Below, one piece after another: positions 9,954 through 20,735 of a stretch of 64,000 nucleotides of DNA. Where the stretch lies: assembly GCA_946555345.1 (NCBI GenBank), contig CAMNSS010000003.1, forward strand, positions 8,080-72,079. Reading direction: 5' to 3'. The DNA comes from an uncultured Eubacterium sp. (lineage in GTDB: Bacteria; Bacillota; Clostridia; Peptostreptococcales; Anaerovoracaceae). The position numbers and the translations under genes were made by a program. Below the pieces are notes generated by a model. The model was not told the DNA's origin, did not search any database, and saw nothing but the letters and a program-made list of their open reading frames with translations. Position 1 is the first letter of the stretch. Each line of letters starts with the position of its first letter.

Positions 9954-12223
9954 TTTATCGCCAAATTGTATAATGCATTCGGCTCTTGTTCAAAATAGTA
10001 GCATACAAAATCATCGTCTTCATAATAAGCTTTCAACTCCTGCGGGTATAATGCTGAGAAGGATTCGCACCATTCATATGCCTTTGATTCTAAAATCGTC
10101 CGGTTCTCAAGCTTCGCATAAGCATGCCATGGATTTTCATAATCCAGCCCTGCGGATGCAGCGTCCCCGGAAATCCTTGCAGCACGTATTTCCGGGCATT
10201 GGCTCGTATTATCAGCCGGGAAAAACGCCGGATATTTTTCCGCCGCCAGCCAGCAAGGACCCGCAAAGAAATGGGATTGCGCATAATGAATCGGTCTCTT
10301 TTCAATGTACAGGAATATGTATTTCGTCGGCAGCGTATACTCGATGTCATTGCTGCTCTTCTCAACAAAATCCAGCAGCCCTTCATGTCGCCCATATCCG
10401 AGCACCGCATATAATTGATCCGTTGGCGATACGATGGTATAACTGTCTTTCGGAAGCGTCCGTGTAATCGAATTTGTCACCATCACCGCTGAGTTGTATT
10501 GCGACAGCTCCATATACAGATAACCGTGATATACGCCTAACGCCATTTCCGCAACATAAATTCCCGCTACAGCAATGATTGATGCTGCCTGCAAAATCCG
10601 CTTCCGGCAACACAATGCCAGTGCGGAAAAAACCATGTCAACCGGCATCATGATCACGGCAAGGTTCAGGATCTGCTCCGTGGAACAAAGCCTTGCCCCT
10701 GCGATTAGCTGCGGAAACCCTGCCGGCGCCGCATACGCTGCCATAAAAAGAAATGCAGCTAAGATCATGGGCAGATATGCGTAAAAACAATTTTGTCCCG
10801 CTTTCAGCTTTGAATACCGGCGCAATAAAGCCATGGCAAACCGGACGATAAGCCACAAGAGCAAAGCAAATGCAGTTAATGCGGCGACCCACTTGCCTCT
10901 CTCCACCCCATATACGACCTGGTAATTATCTTCATAAACCTGGCTTAGCCCCTCCATAAACGCACCGGCCATAGATCCATCTTCGTCCTTTGCCGGCGGC
11001 GGTTCGATTTGCGGCGGCGGTTCTGGCGCTTCCGGATCTGCCCCGTTCATGACACCCAGCGCCCAGCCGATGGATTTCTCAAACGGAATGCCGGAAGCAA
11101 AAGCGCCGGCCATCGGGAAAACAGCAACGGCCAAACCGCATAAGACAGCAACGGCAAGCGGCACAAGCCGCTTGTAATAAAATGCCTTGCGGATGAAAAA
11201 TAAGGCAAAACAAATACACAAAAGAAACGCCATAATGGTCGTATAAAAATGCGTTACGACAGATGCAATAAACGCCATGGCAAACAAAAACAAATTTTCA
11301 TCCCAGTAAAGCTTTGATGGTTTTCCCTTATAGACAATATGATTCGCATTTTTCAGGTAGCGGATCAAAAATAATGCGCATAAAAATGGCGTAAATAGCC
11401 CAAACTCCTGCGGCAATGGCCACTGGAGGCGCGACATACTGTATACAGCATCTACACAAAGAGAGTCGATCGTCAAAAATATCACCAATACAAAAAAGGG
11501 AGTATACCGCCAATGGAACACTTCCCGCAGCAAACAGTACACGGAAACCAATAGAATAACAACGTGGATACCGCCAAAAAAGAGCAAGCTGCTATAAACT
11601 TTAATGCCAAAAAGAGCATATAAACAGTAGATGAAGCAATGCATCGCTTCCGGATAAATTCCTCCTGAAAAAATTTTTCCTTCCATTAATCCAGAGATCC
11701 AGCTATGATGGACATATGCATCGCCAAATCCGTAAGAATAGTCCTGAAATGCGCCATATGAAAAATAAATCATGGCAAAAACGACCAGCACAGAGAGAAC
11801 CAAATATTCTCCGAGATGCGGATATACCATGCCCCATATTTTCAAGCGCTGTTTTTTCAGGTGCGTCCGTACAAAAATAACAGCCTGAAACAAAAACCAT
11901 TTCACGCCATAAGCGCCATTTACCAAATGGCGGAGTTTCTCTATTTTTTCTGCATTAAATTCAATTTTGCGCAGGACTGCCGCCAAAAGCGTGCCAAAAA
12001 AGAACGCAAAAATTGTCCACCGATGGAGAATATGGATCAACCCGAACGTCAAAACAACAAGATTTGCCAATACGATCTGCACTGTCACGCAGAAACAAAA
12101 CCAATATGCTTTGCTTTTGCCCGCAAGATGGTTGCGAAAAACGATGGAAGGCCATATGAACAGCAAAAACACATAACCGCAGAGCACGGCGGCATATTCC
12201 AGCATCCAGTGAATCGCAATCAT
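9950..12223 (-). CDS. Large polytopic membrane protein, GT-C-like candidate
   Basis: Many hydrophobic segments; GDAYVH acidic motif in the first loop, YPEAMH, PQEF; soluble C-terminal domain. Confidence 0.55.
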   Translation of the reverse strand: MIAIHWMLEYAAVLCGYVFLLFIWPSIVFRNHLAGKSKAYWFCFCVTVQIVLANLVVLTFGLIHILHRWTIFAFFFGTLLAAVLRKIEFNAEKIEKLRHLVNGAYGVKWFLFQAVIFVRTHLKKQRLKIWGMVYPHLGEYLVLSVLVVFAMIYFSYGAFQDYSYGFGDAYVHHSWISGLMEGKIFSGGIYPEAMHCFIYCLYALFGIKVYSSLLFFGGIHVVILLVSVYCLLREVFHWRYTPFFVLVIFLTIDSLCVDAVYSMSRLQWPLPQEFGLFTPFLCALFLIRYLKNANHIVYKGKPSKLYWDENLFLFAMAFIASVVTHFYTTIMAFLLCICFALFFIRKAFYYKRLVPLAVAVLCGLAVAVFPMAGAFASGIPFEKSIGWALGVMNGADPEAPEPPPQIEPPPAKDEDGSMAGAFMEGLSQVYEDNYQVVYGVERGKWVAALTAFALLLWLIVRFAMALLRRYSKLKAGQNCFYAYLPMILAAFLFMAAYAAPAGFPQLIAGARLCSTEQILNLAVIMMPVDMVFSALALCCRKRILQAASIIAVAGIYVAEMALGVYHGYLYMELSQYNSAVMVTNSITRTLPKDSYTIVSPTDQLYAVLGYGRHEGLLDFVEKSSNDIEYTLPTKYIFLYIEKRPIHYAQSHFFAGPCWLAAEKYPAFFPADNTSQCPEIRAARISGDAASAGLDYENPWHAYAKLENRTILESKAYEWCESFSALYPQELKAYYEDDDFVCYYFEQEPNALYNLAIK

Positions 12224-12250
12224 TTCCCGTTCCTCCTTTCATAAAAATCC

Positions 12251-13558
12251 TCACCTAAGCTCACCCAGCAGGATGCGTTCACATCCTGCCCCGTTCGCAA
12301 AACGAATTATGCGCCCGCTCCGTTTTCCCTTTAATTGCAGAAATAACCTGCATCGCTTTAAATCCTGCGCTTGGGGAAGCCCAGCACGTAAAAGCGCCTG
12401 TTTTCCGCTCTCCCAGTTCCGTGCATCCGTATCGATCAACTGGCGGCGGATCGTTCCATCTCCTTTTTCCAGGAGCAAAACGCATTCCGCTTCCTCGCAC
12501 AGCTCCGCAAACCCACAGTTTTTTACTGTAATCCCCAAAACCGTTTTTTTCACCAGCCGCACGTTGCAGACAACAAACCGGTAACCCAAGTGCCTGCCGA
12601 TATACGCATACCCGCTCAAGCCATTCCAGATCCCCCGCCCTTTCACGATTTCCTCTTTCCAATATCCTAATTGTGCAGGATCGTAAACGCTGTTCAAATA
12701 GCCTGCGTGCATTTTCGCCATCTCTTCCGCTGCCTGTTCATAGCCGGCTGGCGGATTCCCCCGCAGGGCTTCGCCGCCGTTTGGCCGCCGCCGCAGCGTT
12801 TCGTTCTGCCAACAAAGCTCTTCATCCCTGTTCCACGAACCCAATTCGCCGATTTCCTGCCTGCTGCCCGCACCGTACGTCCCCAGGTCTGTGGAAGAGC
12901 CGAACATCCCATCATTAAAAACAGCGAGGATTTTTTCAAGCTCCGGTTCTGCCGCAGGGCTTGCAAGGATGCTTCGCCACTGCGCCGGGGTGCGCACTGC
13001 CAGATAGCAGCTTCCCCCTGTCGATTGATACAGTGCATTTGCCAGTTCAACCATGGCGCTTTGATAAAGAAACCTTGAGCCATGCATCTCCCCCCAGCTT
13101 CCGACAAAGATTCCCTGCATGAGGAGGATATCCGCCGCATGCAGCTTGACGATCCCGCCAAGCTGCTCCATATGCCGTTTCACGAGGGATATGGACTGCG
13201 GTTCGTTCCCTGCGCCTTTTCCCTCCGCATCATAAGCAAAACGCAGGATCATCTGCTTTCCCCTTTCCCGGAAAAAATTCAAGATGCTTTCCACATAAGC
13301 CAGCGCATCCTCCGAAAACTCCTGCTCCCGAAAATCCCCGATATCCATAAAAAGCAGCACGAGCTGTTCGTCCTCGCTGCCCGCATCCAGGTAAAAGCCT
13401 TCCTGCCCGCATGGCTGCCCGACGCAAAAATGATAAATATGATACCAGCCGCAGCCTGGATTGTGCAGCGGCTCGCTGGTTTCCGGAAGATCCGCCTTAT
13501 AAAACCGTACTTTTTTCTTTCCTTCACCCCACACTGTGTTCCCTGCCTTCTGCATCAA
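12251..13558 (-). CDS. DUF4874/DUF4832-like protein (paralog of 8520..9953)
   Basis: NPGCGWY, ILRFAYD, GSWGEMH, VFNDG, RHLGYR. Confidence 0.7.
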   Translation of the reverse strand: MMQKAGNTVWGEGKKKVRFYKADLPETSEPLHNPGCGWYHIYHFCVGQPCGQEGFYLDAGSEDEQLVLLFMDIGDFREQEFSEDALAYVESILNFFRERGKQMILRFAYDAEGKGAGNEPQSISLVKRHMEQLGGIVKLHAADILLMQGIFVGSWGEMHGSRFLYQSAMVELANALYQSTGGSCYLAVRTPAQWRSILASPAAEPELEKILAVFNDGMFGSSTDLGTYGAGSRQEIGELGSWNRDEELCWQNETLRRRPNGGEALRGNPPAGYEQAAEEMAKMHAGYLNSVYDPAQLGYWKEEIVKGRGIWNGLSGYAYIGRHLGYRFVVCNVRLVKKTVLGITVKNCGFAELCEEAECVLLLEKGDGTIRRQLIDTDARNWESGKQALLRAGLPQAQDLKRCRLFLQLKGKRSGRIIRFANGAGCERILLGELR

Positions 13559-14297
13559 TCTTCAAAACCTTAATCCGAAACAAGATCGACGTCATGCTGA
13601 AAAACATCCGAAACATATACCCGATGGGTCTTAACCCGGAATGCATGCTCCGGCCAGCTTCTCTCGTATGCATAACCGCTGGAATCTGCGCCACCCGGAA
13701 TCCCAGGAGAATCATCTGCAAGATCATATTGGCATCCGGATACCTGTCATCAAAGCAATCATATCTTGAATAATAGAAAAAAGCTTTCCGATTGAGTCCT
13801 TGCAACCCGGTTGTCGGATCACAAATCCTTTTTCCCGTCATGATATAAATGAGGCGCCGGAAAAACCGATATGCTATTTTCTTTGAGGCCGAAACCGGAA
13901 AATAAGCGCTTTCTTTCATAAAGCGGGAAGCCAGGACAATATCCGGGGGTTCTGCATATGCTGTTTTTTCCCGCAATGTACGATAAATCACAGGAATATT
14001 GCATACATCATGCTGCCCATCAGCATCCATTTGGATCACATATTGATAATTGTTTCTCACCGCATATTTATATCCTGCCCGCAAAGCGCTCCCATAGCCC
14101 ATATTAAAAATGTGGGTTACCATTTTACGATGCTGTGATTTTACGATCTCCCCCGTAAAATCCACAGACGCATCGTCGATCACAAGGATGTCTGCCATGT
14201 TTGCAATTTCGGGCTGCGCCAACTGGTTCAACACGCTTCGTATGTTTTTTTCTTCATTATATGCTGGTATGATAATCAACAAATCTTTTGCGTCCAT
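13524..14297 (-). CDS. GT2, DPM1/GacI-like polyprenol-phosphate glycosyltransferase
   Basis: IIIPAYNEE, DDAS, GYGSAL, QMDADGQHD, ASRF, DPTTG, GRSMHSG. Confidence 0.8.
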   Translation of the reverse strand: MDAKDLLIIIPAYNEEKNIRSVLNQLAQPEIANMADILVIDDASVDFTGEIVKSQHRKMVTHIFNMGYGSALRAGYKYAVRNNYQYVIQMDADGQHDVCNIPVIYRTLREKTAYAEPPDIVLASRFMKESAYFPVSASKKIAYRFFRRLIYIMTGKRICDPTTGLQGLNRKAFFYYSRYDCFDDRYPDANMILQMILLGFRVAQIPAVMHTREAGRSMHSGLRPIGYMFRMFFSMTSILFRIKVLKIDAEGREHSVG

Positions 14298-14315
14298 ATG
14301 AGTCCTGCCTTCTTT

Positions 14316-15518
14316 TTATGCAAGCAATGCGGCCAGCAAATGCATCTCTGGATTTTCTGATATTGCCTTATCTTTTGCCGCCCTGCCAAGGTTTCTTCTT
14401 TTCTCTTCATCGTTCAGCAATAGCCTGATATTTTCTGCAATGGACTGTGGCGTCAATTCGCAAACAATCCCATCCTCGTGATTAATGATTTGCTCCTTAT
14501 TTCCATTGCATCCAGAGACGATAATCGTGCATCCTAAAGCCTGCGCTTCCTGGACTGCAATGCTTTTTCCTTCAAATCTGGTCGCATGGACGTATAAATC
14601 CGCCTGCCTGTAATAAGGATAAGGATTTTCAACAGCGCCCATGAGAAAAAAGCAGTCTTGCAGCTGCAAGTCCGCAATCTTTTTTTCCAGTTTTTTTCGT
14701 TGCCCTCCCTCTCCCAGCACATACCATCTCGCTTTGCACCCGGAGTTTTGTAAAATCTTCATGGCATCGATTGCAATGTCATACCCTTTCTGATAAACCA
14801 GCCTTCCCACGGTCAGGATGCGCAAGCCCTGATAACCATCATCAAAGCCGCCTTTTTCCATAGCCCTGCTACAGATTGCATCCCTGTCAATGATATTATG
14901 TAACACGTCAACCTTCCCCGCATATTCAGGATAAAATGCTACAAAATGTTCCTTTACTTTGCCAGCAATCGCAAAAATCCGATCGAATTTCTTCCAGCAA
15001 TCCTGATCCATCTCCCTGGTATATCCAGCGTTTTCATAAGGAATATGGATGAAAGCTGCTTTTTTCCTAGCTTTCACATGGTCTGCCACATAGTAAGCAG
15101 AACCGCCTTCTATGTAAGCAATCGCCAAATCAAAAATCTCATCAAAACGCTGCGCCCCATCCGAAAGCATGCGCCAAAGCAATTTGTCAACCTGAAAATT
15201 GCCCGTCCTGAGCATGGCGGCAGAGGTTTTGAGCAGGCAGCCTAACTTTTTAGCGCATGCGCCGTTCCGAAAAAAAGCGGCAATGCTCGTTTTTACCATT
15301 CTCCGCCACCCGCGCTTTGATAACACCGACTGGGGGTAAAATCTTTCATTCAGCACCTTCACATAGCCAGGCAACTGTCCGATCATTTCACCCTGCGCCA
15401 TAACCACATAAAGGAAGATATCGTATTTCGATCTGTCCAGGTTGTTCAAAAGCCCTAAAAGCGCCGTTTCCGCACCGGCGCGCCCCAAGGTATTAATAAC
15501 CAACAGCAGTTTTTTCAT
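14316..15518 (-). CDS. GT4 glycosyltransferase
   Basis: GRAGAE N-terminal motif, VGRLVYQKGYD, FEGKSIAVQEA (EX7E). Confidence 0.88.
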   Translation of the reverse strand: MKKLLLVINTLGRAGAETALLGLLNNLDRSKYDIFLYVVMAQGEMIGQLPGYVKVLNERFYPQSVLSKRGWRRMVKTSIAAFFRNGACAKKLGCLLKTSAAMLRTGNFQVDKLLWRMLSDGAQRFDEIFDLAIAYIEGGSAYYVADHVKARKKAAFIHIPYENAGYTREMDQDCWKKFDRIFAIAGKVKEHFVAFYPEYAGKVDVLHNIIDRDAICSRAMEKGGFDDGYQGLRILTVGRLVYQKGYDIAIDAMKILQNSGCKARWYVLGEGGQRKKLEKKIADLQLQDCFFLMGAVENPYPYYRQADLYVHATRFEGKSIAVQEAQALGCTIIVSGCNGNKEQIINHEDGIVCELTPQSIAENIRLLLNDEEKRRNLGRAAKDKAISENPEMHLLAALLA

Positions 15519-15885
15519 AGTCCTTCGATTCCTCCCCCAGCTTCATCTCCATTTGTTCCCGGTTTTCCATCAGAAGGGCCACCTGCATGGCCAGCTCGCG
15601 ATTTTGGGTAATTAACTGCGAAAGGATCACGCTGACTGCGAATCCTCCAATAAAAAGAATACCGCCCAAGCATAGAAAAAGGATTCCCTGCCATACAGAA
15701 AACAATCTGCTCCAGGCCTGCATCGGCAGGACTGCGCCAGACAAGACAAAAACCGCACCCAGCACAGTCCAGCAGAGCGCAAAATTAACAGTCAGCATCT
15801 TGACCGAATGAAACCAGAATCCGGCTAAAAGCATTATTATTCCAAATATGATAATTCCGATTTTCATGATGGCAGCCATTTCCAT
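15493..15885 (-). CDS. DUF2304-like small membrane protein (GacJ-like)
   Basis: Three TM segments followed by S-x-L-x3-N-RELA-x-QVALL coiled tail. Confidence 0.65.
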   Translation of the reverse strand: MEMAAIMKIGIIIFGIIMLLAGFWFHSVKMLTVNFALCWTVLGAVFVLSGAVLPMQAWSRLFSVWQGILFLCLGGILFIGGFAVSVILSQLITQNRELAMQVALLMENREQMEMKLGEESKDYEKTAVGY

Positions 15886-15932
15886 CCGTCTCCACTTCCT
15901 TTCCTGCCATATCTTTGGCTGATGCGTTCCGC

Positions 15933-17393
15933 CTATTGCTGCTCTTGCGGTAAAGCATATTTATCATACACTTTGCCAGAAGGCTCTGGAACGTTTTCCC
16001 GCTTTAATAAATCCCCCCTGCAAAACACATGGGAAGCCAAATGTCTTTCTACCCAGCGTATCCGCAGATAAGACACGGTCCAGCCTGTAAAAGCGCCTGC
16101 AATCAAGCCAACGCCATACCATATGTCCGGCAGATGCACGGCAATCATGCTTCCTGCAAAAGTCACTGCACAAAAGCTGCAAGCCGTCATCAATGCGCCT
16201 GCCAAGTCGTTGAAGTAATAAAGAAATAAAATCGCCGCATACATGAGAAAGAGGATGAAATACCCGGCGGCAAGCGTTGGATAGATCCGCATGATCAGCC
16301 CTGCAAATCCAAGCTGCGGCAGCATCACCGTGCAGGCCAGGTAGACTACAACGGAAATGATGAACTGAACCCGCGCCAAAGCCATCAATTCGCTGGCCAG
16401 CTGCCGAAACATCCTTCTCTTGGCATTCTCAATATCCACACCCTTTCCTCCGATTACCGCCTCCGAGTAAGCTTTGTATTTCTCATGAAAATGCATTTCT
16501 ACCCGGGCGATAAAAAGGATGGTCGCCGATATATTGGTAAACAAAGCGATGCACGTCGCCATATCATAAGGCTGGTTGCATACAAAACTTTTCACCAGCA
16601 CCATCCGCATATCTGAAGTCCAAAATACGAAATTATGGATGTATAGCCCCAGGATATAGAGAAAATTCGCCGCCACTAGCTGCCACCATTTCGTAAAATA
16701 CTGTAACACTGGTTTGTAGCGGTTGCTGTTTTGCCTGAAATACCGTTTGATCGTGGCAAACTCTAACGCAGCGGTAAGGAAAAACCCAGTCATGAGCGCA
16801 AACAACATACTGAACCCGATGCTCCACTGGCACCAAAACCTCAAGCCTAAGGACATCAAAAATGCCGTTGCCATTCCAAGCAGGAAATAAACGGATATCC
16901 TCTGATAGTCCTTGCAAATGGACAAATAAATCATGGAATAAAGCACCATGACCAGGGAAAGAAAGGTACAAAATCCAGTAAACACATAATGTATTTTTAT
17001 GCCGCCTACAAAGTATTCCCAGATACAAAACGGGACGCTTGCCAGGCAGCCAAGGCCAAGATTCATCGCAAGGCCCAGATAAAAACACGGCAAAATATCC
17101 TGATACCGCTCCTCGTAAATCGCATCCTGCACATATTTTGACAATACTGCACAGAAAGGCGAAACCGCAAGCAGGGAGAAAATGAAGGTGTATAAAACCG
17201 TACACGAAAACAGCTCCCGCTCCATATAGCTTACTTCATCAAAGCCAAGCACGTATCCCATGAACAGAATATCAATGATTACCACAAACATCGGCGCGAC
17301 TGTGATGACCGTGCTGTAGGCAGCTCCAATAAAATTTGCTAAAATGGATTTTTTTTCAAAAATATTGTTCAGCTTAACGCCTATGCCTGCCAC
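15933..17393 (-). CDS. pelG: PelG-like exopolysaccharide transporter
   Basis: Begins MAGIGVKL; about 12 TM segments; directly follows the pelF-like gene. Confidence 0.85.
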   Translation of the reverse strand: MAGIGVKLNNIFEKKSILANFIGAAYSTVITVAPMFVVIIDILFMGYVLGFDEVSYMERELFSCTVLYTFIFSLLAVSPFCAVLSKYVQDAIYEERYQDILPCFYLGLAMNLGLGCLASVPFCIWEYFVGGIKIHYVFTGFCTFLSLVMVLYSMIYLSICKDYQRISVYFLLGMATAFLMSLGLRFWCQWSIGFSMLFALMTGFFLTAALEFATIKRYFRQNSNRYKPVLQYFTKWWQLVAANFLYILGLYIHNFVFWTSDMRMVLVKSFVCNQPYDMATCIALFTNISATILFIARVEMHFHEKYKAYSEAVIGGKGVDIENAKRRMFRQLASELMALARVQFIISVVVYLACTVMLPQLGFAGLIMRIYPTLAAGYFILFLMYAAILFLYYFNDLAGALMTACSFCAVTFAGSMIAVHLPDIWYGVGLIAGAFTGWTVSYLRIRWVERHLASHVFCRGDLLKRENVPEPSGKVYDKYALPQEQQ

Positions 17394-17422
17394 TTTTTCT
17401 TTCCTTTCCGCTTTTATTTGAA

Positions 17423-18862
17423 TTATATTCCCGTCTTGCCTGCCAGGGCCATGCTGGCTGAAAAATCACGATAGATGTTCCGGTAGGTTTCTTCCATCTG
17501 ATGGGCTTGATAGCCTGCCTTCACTCTTTTTCGGCCGATGCCGCCCATCTTGCGGCGCAACGGCTCATCATGCGCCAGCGTTAGAATCGCCTCGGTGATT
17601 TCCTCCACATTCATAATATGGGTGATAATTCCGGCGCTGCCATAATCATCCCGATCTCCGAAAACCAAGCCTTTGCAGTTCCCCACATCCGTTGCAATGA
17701 CTGGAATTCCTGCTGCAAAGCTCTCCAGGATGGATAAAGGCTGTCCCTCGCTGATGCTGGTTAAAAGGGTTATATCCATCCTGCCAAGATAATCCCTCAC
17801 ATCAATCCTCCCAGTAAATACCACATCCTGTAAGTCCATGGCATCTACCAATTCAAAACATTCCTGTGCATACGTTTTGTCTTCTTCCCAAGGACCCATA
17901 ATCCATAGTTTCAACGCTGGCTCCTGTTCTTTCGCAAAGCCAAATGCCTGAATCATCGTTTTGACATCCTTGATCGGCGATATGCGCAGCACTGCGCCTA
18001 CATTGATTTTCCCTGCATCCTCTTCCTGTTTGCCCGCAATGCCCTGAAAATCCTGTACTGAAACGCCATTTGGCGTAACCATCGTCTTTTCTGGCGGGCA
18101 GCCGAGTTCTATCTGCAATTCCCTAGCATGTTCGTACAAGCTGGTAATCAAGCTGCCGCTCGCATAGGCCAGCTTTGACATTTTTCGGAATTGCCCGATC
18201 CAGATGTTCTTATAGATCCCCTGTATCCATTTTGATTTAATCAATTCTTCTTCCCGTTCCCTGGTATAAATCCCGTGTTCCGATACCAAAAGCCGTCCCC
18301 CATGCATATATTTTGCCATGCTCCCCAGCACGCCTGCATAGCCAGTAGACACGCAATGGTACAGATCTGCCTTTGGCGTCTTCATTTTCAGCGTCAAAAA
18401 CAGGGGCAGGTAAATGGAACGCATCGTCCATAAAAAATCAGAAAATACGATCTGGCTGTAATCGAGGTTATAGCATTCCGTAACGGCATTTAAAAAATCT
18501 TCCCCCATGAGCAAGCCGCTGATCGAAAATTCTTTGTTTTGAAATAAGTCAAATAGGTTTTCCCACTCCACCTGCTGATTCAATAGGAGGCTCCGCAACG
18601 CATGGTATTCCTTTTTGTTCATGCGGGTCCTGTGCCATTTTTTCTTTTTTTTCCAGTCGGAATCTTCCAGATAAAGCTCGTGTACCTCCGTAACATTATC
18701 CGGTAAATCGTACACGAATTTCCCGCGCCAGGAACGATCAGCCACGATCGCTAAAATCACAAACTCCTGTCCTGGAAAAGAACGGATCAAATTATGTATC
18801 CAACTTGACACGCCGCCTACCACATAAGGGTAGCAGCCTTCCGCTATCATACAAATTTTCAT
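17423..18862 (-). CDS. pelF: PelF-like GT4 glycosyltransferase (DUF3492 N-terminus)
   Basis: EGCYPYVVGGVSSW, HCVSTGYAG, SEHGIYTRER, RISPIKD, SISEGQPLSILE. Confidence 0.9.
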   Translation of the reverse strand: MKICMIAEGCYPYVVGGVSSWIHNLIRSFPGQEFVILAIVADRSWRGKFVYDLPDNVTEVHELYLEDSDWKKKKKWHRTRMNKKEYHALRSLLLNQQVEWENLFDLFQNKEFSISGLLMGEDFLNAVTECYNLDYSQIVFSDFLWTMRSIYLPLFLTLKMKTPKADLYHCVSTGYAGVLGSMAKYMHGGRLLVSEHGIYTREREEELIKSKWIQGIYKNIWIGQFRKMSKLAYASGSLITSLYEHARELQIELGCPPEKTMVTPNGVSVQDFQGIAGKQEEDAGKINVGAVLRISPIKDVKTMIQAFGFAKEQEPALKLWIMGPWEEDKTYAQECFELVDAMDLQDVVFTGRIDVRDYLGRMDITLLTSISEGQPLSILESFAAGIPVIATDVGNCKGLVFGDRDDYGSAGIITHIMNVEEITEAILTLAHDEPLRRKMGGIGRKRVKAGYQAHQMEETYRNIYRDFSASMALAGKTGI

Positions 18863-18880
18863 TCTGCATTTTCCTCACGA

Positions 18881-20722
18881 TCAATAGATGTAATTCAATC
18901 CTCCCGCCGGTTCTAATGTGATGGCGGCATGATCCTGATCCACCTTGACGAGAAAGACATCATTCTCTATTCTTTCCCACTCCCCGCCTTCGATCGTTCC
19001 AATCGTTTTGTTATTGGTCCTGAGAATAAACCATGCCGTTCCATGACGGCCTGAAATGTCAAGGCAAATCTTTTCTTCTTCCCGCCATTCTTTATAATCC
19101 ACCGCAAGGAAGCTGCGGATTCGCTCATCGCATTCCGACACGGTCGTCCCGGAAAAAGCGGCAAAATTTTTCCAATAATAAGCAAGATCCTGCTCCATAT
19201 CCTCGGCGATATCTTTCCAGGTATCATCGCTTTTGTCCTGCGGGTATGCGGCTCTCATCACATCTACCAGCACGCTGCTGTACCCAAGGGCTGTTTCCAG
19301 GCTCTTCGTGCGGAAATCCTGCCTGTATGTATAGTTCAATCCGTCGGCAACCGTTTTTTGTTTCGTCACGGATTCCGTCGCATAGCCTAAAATTTCACTA
19401 TCCCCATCATAATCGGCAACTACCGTCCTGACGCCCGCTAAGGCTTCCTGCTGCAAAGCCTCCGCTACAGCGTCCCCATCTTCCTTTCCTGCATAAAAAG
19501 AGGTGAATACATACTGCGGAAGCGTTTCCTGGATAAATGCCCGGTCTTGTTCCAGCTTTTGCCCGATCGGTGTATCCGACACATTGCCGGCTGAAATCCC
19601 TGCCTCTGCACCCCGTTCGTTTAAAAGCTTCATATAATATACCAGCAGCTCCCGATCCGGTTCATTGTTGTCAGAGTAGTCAAACTGCGGCGACATCATG
19701 CAGGAAAGCCCCAAAGGATTGCCATACTGTGCTTCGGCAAGCGTTGGCCATATGATGTCCCGCATCACATGATTCATGGATTGGCTGTAGCGCCTCATCA
19801 TTTCATCGTCGTTTTCCGCAGCCATTTCCGGATAATTCGCCACCACCAGGTTCTGTGCGTTTACGACGGGATAAATGGTGTAATCCTTCGTTTTCGCTTC
19901 CATCGCTGACAAAATCCCCAGCCCGGTTACATCCTCCATATAGGTTCCGTTGACGGCAAAGACAGATGCGTTCCCGTAGCGTTTTTCCCAAATTACAGGA
20001 GGAGAATCTTCTGGCTGGATCGACTTGTCTTCCGGCACGCCTTTCATGTAAACCCTGGTTCCTGACGCAAGGCGGTACCAGGGAAAAGTCAGGTCCATAT
20101 CCTGTTTTTTCCGGTTTTCTTTCTTATCTTCCGTCCTGTAGATAAATTCGCCGCCCAAAAGAAAGCCTTCGTACAAATGCGTTCCGGCTACAGTCGTCGT
20201 TTTCGCTGTTATCTCACGAATCCCCAAAAGCTGACGCAAAGACGCATTCTTTTCCAGGACATCGACATCCGGCAATCCGCAGAACACCAGGTTCATGCCG
20301 GATTCCACATATTTTTCCAAGCTTTGCACGGCGGATTGCCCATCCCAATTTACACTGCCGGGATTTATTATTACCATCGGGGAAACGGGCGCATCCCTGA
20401 CTGCCGCATCTTCGCTTTTTTCAAATTCATCGATGGAAGCATATGTTTTCAACATTCGTTTTGCGTATAAAGCCCATGCTCCCGCCATATTTCCAACGCT
20501 GTCTTCCGTGTCTCCGATATATATGGTCATGCGCGTTTCCACATTTTCGCTTTGTACCGCCTGATATGCATCTTCTTTCCCCGGAAGCCCGCGCATATCT
20601 TTCACATACGGATTCTTATCGTAATCATTCCAAAATTCAACCGTAACGACCGAAAACTGGAACAAGAAAAAGGCGGTAAACATGATAGCCACAATTGCAA
20701 AATAAATTCGGCGCGATACCAT
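18881..20722 (-). CDS. pelA: DUF2194 / PelA(DA)-like membrane-anchored protein
   Basis: N-terminal anchor, long extracellular domain, position between pelE and pelF as in Gram-positive pel operons. Confidence 0.65.
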   Translation of the reverse strand: MVSRRIYFAIVAIMFTAFFLFQFSVVTVEFWNDYDKNPYVKDMRGLPGKEDAYQAVQSENVETRMTIYIGDTEDSVGNMAGAWALYAKRMLKTYASIDEFEKSEDAAVRDAPVSPMVIINPGSVNWDGQSAVQSLEKYVESGMNLVFCGLPDVDVLEKNASLRQLLGIREITAKTTTVAGTHLYEGFLLGGEFIYRTEDKKENRKKQDMDLTFPWYRLASGTRVYMKGVPEDKSIQPEDSPPVIWEKRYGNASVFAVNGTYMEDVTGLGILSAMEAKTKDYTIYPVVNAQNLVVANYPEMAAENDDEMMRRYSQSMNHVMRDIIWPTLAEAQYGNPLGLSCMMSPQFDYSDNNEPDRELLVYYMKLLNERGAEAGISAGNVSDTPIGQKLEQDRAFIQETLPQYVFTSFYAGKEDGDAVAEALQQEALAGVRTVVADYDGDSEILGYATESVTKQKTVADGLNYTYRQDFRTKSLETALGYSSVLVDVMRAAYPQDKSDDTWKDIAEDMEQDLAYYWKNFAAFSGTTVSECDERIRSFLAVDYKEWREEEKICLDISGRHGTAWFILRTNNKTIGTIEGGEWERIENDVFLVKVDQDHAAITLEPAGGLNYIY

Positions 20723-20735
20723 TCCACCCTCCTTT

